NCBI RefSeq assembly: GCF_001194135.2 | Contig: NC_068981.1 | Coordinates: forward strand, 10,043,133-10,079,833 | Direction: 5' to 3' | DNA: 36,701 nucleotides | Source of the DNA: Octopus bimaculoides | Taxonomy: Eukaryota | In this document: positions 36,551 through 36,701 of the stretch, one piece after another | How positions within the stretch are numbered: the first letter of the stretch is position 1 | Layout: each line of letters begins with the position of its first letter | Notes under the pieces: generated by a model | What the model was told of the DNA's origin: nothing | The model's input: the letters and a program-made list of their open reading frames with translations, nothing else | The model's database searches: none | Made by a program: the position numbers and the translations under genes

Positions 36551-36665
36551 GGACTATAGATAACCAAATTACAACAGGTATATAGTCCATTTTTTGTTCT
36601 ATAGTGCATTGTTGTACCATTCTCAACGTTTTGTCCTTTATAAAAATATTTATGTATGTGTGTGT

Positions 36666-36701
<36 letters not shown>

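Noticed and set aside
1-36701. CRISPR array, operon or prokaryotic defence system
   Set aside because: No regularly spaced repeat-spacer array and no gene-dense coding. The sequence is eukaryotic repeat-rich DNA.

Overview
AT-rich, repeat-dense animal genomic DNA from a gapped draft assembly, with nine N-gaps that mostly abut (TA)n/(CA)n tracts. The SINE families match what I recall from Octopus genomes; this assignment is recognition from memory, not a database search. I can support no host protein-coding gene, rRNA, true tRNA gene or CRISPR array, so the window reads as intergenic or intronic. Nearly all ORFs in the supplied track are microsatellite, SINE or gap artefacts. Supported content: (1) about 15 tRNA-derived or other SINE-like copies from several families; (2) three degenerate R4/Dong-type non-LTR retrotransposon fragments on the minus strand, two of them head-to-tail between trinucleotide microsatellites; (3) RTE-clade LINE fragments; (4) a decayed pogo-like DNA transposon 5' end with a Brinker-type DNA-binding motif; (5) seven hammerhead-ribozyme (HHR) motifs, typical of Penelope-like or retrozyme-type elements. 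One HHR (36515-36550) has a fully intact catalytic core, and one element family carries an A6-to-U core variant. The HHR elements and the microsatellite-flanked 15.8-18.6 kb retroelement cluster are the best leads.
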